64,000 bases of DNA, from contig JAQFVV010000005.1 of NCBI GenBank assembly GCA_028023455.1, positions 9,982,001-10,046,000 of the forward strand. The letters run 5' to 3'. How positions within the stretch are numbered: the stretch's first letter is position 1; each line of letters starts with the position of its first letter. Below, piece after piece: positions 61,101 through 64,000 of this stretch. The DNA is from Epiperipatus broadwayi (lineage: Eukaryota > Animalia > Onychophora). Below the pieces are notes generated by a model. That model was not told the DNA's origin. It saw only the letters and a list, made by a program, of their open reading frames with translations, and did no database searches. Position numbers and translations under genes: made by a program.

Positions 61101-63715
61101 ATAAGGTGTTGCAGGAAAAATGTCCACCTGGTGAACCCTATACCCCCTTCTTTTGAAAACAAGTGGCCAAGTTAAGGGTCCTGACAGCAGATCCACTAAG
61201 GGAGCTCTAAATCATCCAGATGGTCCAACATAGTATTCCCAGCTACAATGAGAGGATACTGATTGGGACAGATCATTGATACATTGAGCAGGTACCTGCT
61301 CTGTTAATAGCATACAACAATTGTGGTACCTCAGTAACAAAGTAGGAGGGTCCAAGCTGCCAAGTAAAGCCCCATATATGTGGGATGATGGACCAAGAAT
61401 AAGTGCTCTCAGGTATAAAAGGAAGATACCTCCACAATGCTTCAGTAACCATGATTCACCATGATAATATTATAACAGAAAAAATGAAGTACTACCATGG
61501 AAGAGGAGAAATTCAACAGGCAGCATTCATAGTCCTACCAGAACCCAAATAGTTAGATCAGGAAGTGGATCAAACATTAACCAAGAAAACATTCATCAGG
61601 AATATGGTTCTTCATCCCATGATAGAACACAAATAATTGGACAAACCAAGAATATATCAACACACAACCTAGAGAGTTATTATCAGAGAACTGATCATGA
61701 TTCTCAGTCTTCTAAAGAAGGATACAGTTATACTTCTGACCAAGGGAACAAGAATAAGCAAGTCCATGAAACCAAAACTGAGGAAAGGAAAAGATACTTT
61801 GAAGAAATTAGGAGGTAAATATTAGGAAGTATTATAGCTTTGCCTTCAGTGCATATGGTGCATGGTAATATTCTATAGACATAGGGATGCAGGGTGTTCA
61901 TGATGATCTAATGTTTTATCTCTGCACTGCACCTACTTAAGGTTTAAACTTTTTTTCAGTAAGGCCCTTAGAGGAGTTTAGCTTTTTATCAGTAGAATAC
62001 TGAATTGTTTACCAGTCACAGAATTGTGTCACATGGGTGTGGAGTGTATAAAACTCATAAAGTGAATGAGCAAGGCATTCCACTTGGCCAAACATTCCTT
62101 TGGTCAATTTTTCTCTCAATGTGCCCTCTGGGTAGAAAATTGTGTTGTGCTTAAACTGAGATAGTCCTTATGGTGCTCATGCTGATTGCACACTTGTGTT
62201 CAGCAATGAGGTTTTTGTCCATCATGGTGCTGGAGGAAGTCAGACAAATATTAGCAATCATCACCCCACCTTCAAAATAACAATAGATCAAATATATAAG
62301 ACTTACCAGTAATCAAATAACCATGTAGATATACCATTGTTAGTGGAGAACTTTATAATTGTGGCATGAAATCATATGTTTTGAGACAATTTCATCCCAA
62401 AATTTTATTGGGGGGGGGGTAATGAAACAGACATGTTGTTTGATATATATGCTGAAGTTTTCCTCCCTCCCCCATTTTAAAATGGTTTAAATTACAATAA
62501 AAGCTGACCATTTCAGTGAATGAAATTTAGAAATGACAAATAAGTGACGGTGATTTGGAATCCTTTTTCTCACTCACATATAACAAGAAGTATGAAGTCA
62601 AATTTTTTAACAAAGAAAATGAAGAATCAATATTTAAAATATACAGTGAAAAATTGGAGTACACATTTATTTAATGAATCTTTGAACATTGAAAAATTTG
62701 CGGTTTCAAATTAAAATGTGACCCATATAATATGTTTATTTGTTAGAGCTGAATGTTTTCCAAAGTAAAGCACACAAATTTTATAATTAATTCATCAAGA
62801 ATAAGTGTTACTTTCTTGCCTTAGGCAAAGGAAGTAAACACATTTGTGAAAATATGCAAAACTCCATGTGTATTGACTGCTGGAGGGTTGCATTAGATCC
62901 TAAGATCTAGGTGCAGTGCTACCAGATCCAAGGCTCCTCACTAATGAAGGCCACAAGCCAAAAACTAGTCTGATGATATTGGATGATTAGGCACTAGATG
63001 GGGATTTGGGGATTTTTTTGCACAAGCCTTCTGGCATCCATTGATTACTCTGACTTGCACTGAGTGGCAATATGTATAGAAAGTTTTGCCTGTTTTAATA
63101 AGTTATAAGCATGTATAAGAAATGGTGATCATGCTGATGGGAAAATATGTTGGTCAGCATGGGTGAGATCAAAAAGGACATTGACAAACACCATGGGAAG
63201 TTGGAGTATAAAGTGAGCAATGAATCAATACCAGGAGTTGCAGTTAATTGATTATAACAGTCACTTTGCAGTAAATAGCAGTTCCTTATTTAGTCATTCT
63301 ACAGCAAAGAGTTTAAATATTCAGACCAACTAAGTTTGGAACTACTGTGACCAGTAATTAAAGAAGTGCTGCAGTTAAAGAGAAACCTTAGATTACCATA
63401 AAACTGTAATATGAAGAAACAGCCTATTTATATGGTAAACACTAAAATGTTTAGCTAGTAAGGAATAGCTCACTTTTCTTCCCACACCATGGAAGAGAAC
63501 ATGAAGATGAAGAAATATGCCTAAGTGACCACATGTAAACCATTCATTTCTAAAGACAAATCTCCCTTTTAATGTGAAGATTGTACCATTCAGCTCTAAC
63601 GTCAACTTGAAGACCATCATGGAGATTTTAAAAGGTAATAAATCTCTAGAAGTTATTAAAACATTTTATTAAGATTGATGTAAGGGTGCTATGATGTAAG
63701 GATTTTACCAATATT
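58169..63715 (+). mobile_element. Internally deleted Ty3/gypsy-like LTR retrotransposon (two diverged LTR copies, gag remnant, integrase tail, PPT)
   Basis: 58169-59030 is repeated directly at 62423-63715, both starting TGAAACAGACATG. G10 polypurine tract at 62410-62419; PBS-like TGTTGTCAGGGAGGTGAT near 59474 (resembles tRNA-Leu); coiled-coil and retrotransposon-gag remnant at ~60150-61300; G.LYN...MKSY integrase-end-like peptide before the PPT. LTR 3' ends not found. Confidence 0.7.
62857..63140 (+). mobile_element. Family A element, copy 6, inserted in the 3' LTR (HHR core mutated: G5>A, G12>A)
   Basis: 9-bp TSD GAAAATATG at 62848-62856 and 63141-63149; absent from the paralogous 5' LTR near 58470; begins with a short inverted A fragment. 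Confidence 0.9.
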
Positions 63716-64000
63716 TATCCACTTAATAATAATGCATATCCATTATTATAAGAAAGTTATTTTGATATTTGAAGTATTTAATAATATTTATGAAAATGTG
63801 TAAGAAAGCATTTTGAAAAGGGTAAAGTAAAACCCAGTTACAAAGTTATTTCAAATTATTAATTAGATGAATTGATGAAATATTTGAATCAAAGTTTAAA
63901 AAACAGATGGCATAATGGATAAAAGCCAGTGTTTATATGAAATTTAATTTCTTATTGAGAAAATGTAATTGCTACAAGTGTTATTAGAATGAAGAAGATA

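Noticed and set aside
61950-62340. Minus-strand GIY-YIG-like words (GI..TGKSYI, IAEHK)
   Set aside because: Motif spacing is wrong, and the plus strand reads better as a gypsy integrase C-terminus directly before the PPT.

Overview
This is a very AT-rich, CpG-depleted animal (probably invertebrate) genomic window made mostly of transposable-element debris. The only clearly intact host coding region is a tandem C2H2 zinc-finger ORF (38076-39212). The most notable signal is non-coding: several unrelated families of short retroposed repeats carry type I hammerhead ribozyme (HHR) motifs with Penelope-like (PLE) or retrozyme architecture (partial tandems, inverted 5' arms, 9-13 bp TSDs). Family A occurs six times with a monomer of about 0.45 kb, and its best-preserved core is at 12832-12890 (-). 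A second, intact-core minimal HHR sits in a fold-back at 14746-14939. A third lies downstream of a Penelope GIY-YIG remnant (17807-18350). A young 337-bp-monomer element (24649-25441) has the same geometry but no recognisable ribozyme. Other content: a four-layer nest (esterase-ORF1 LINE > solo LTR > PLE-like element plus hAT MITE), two RTE LINE remnants, a hAT/Buster transposase remnant, an internally deleted Ty3/gypsy-like element, three tRNA-Gly-derived SINEs, MITE-like inverted repeats and a long (CAA)n(TAA)n microsatellite. All calls were made by eye; none were checked against databases or folding software.
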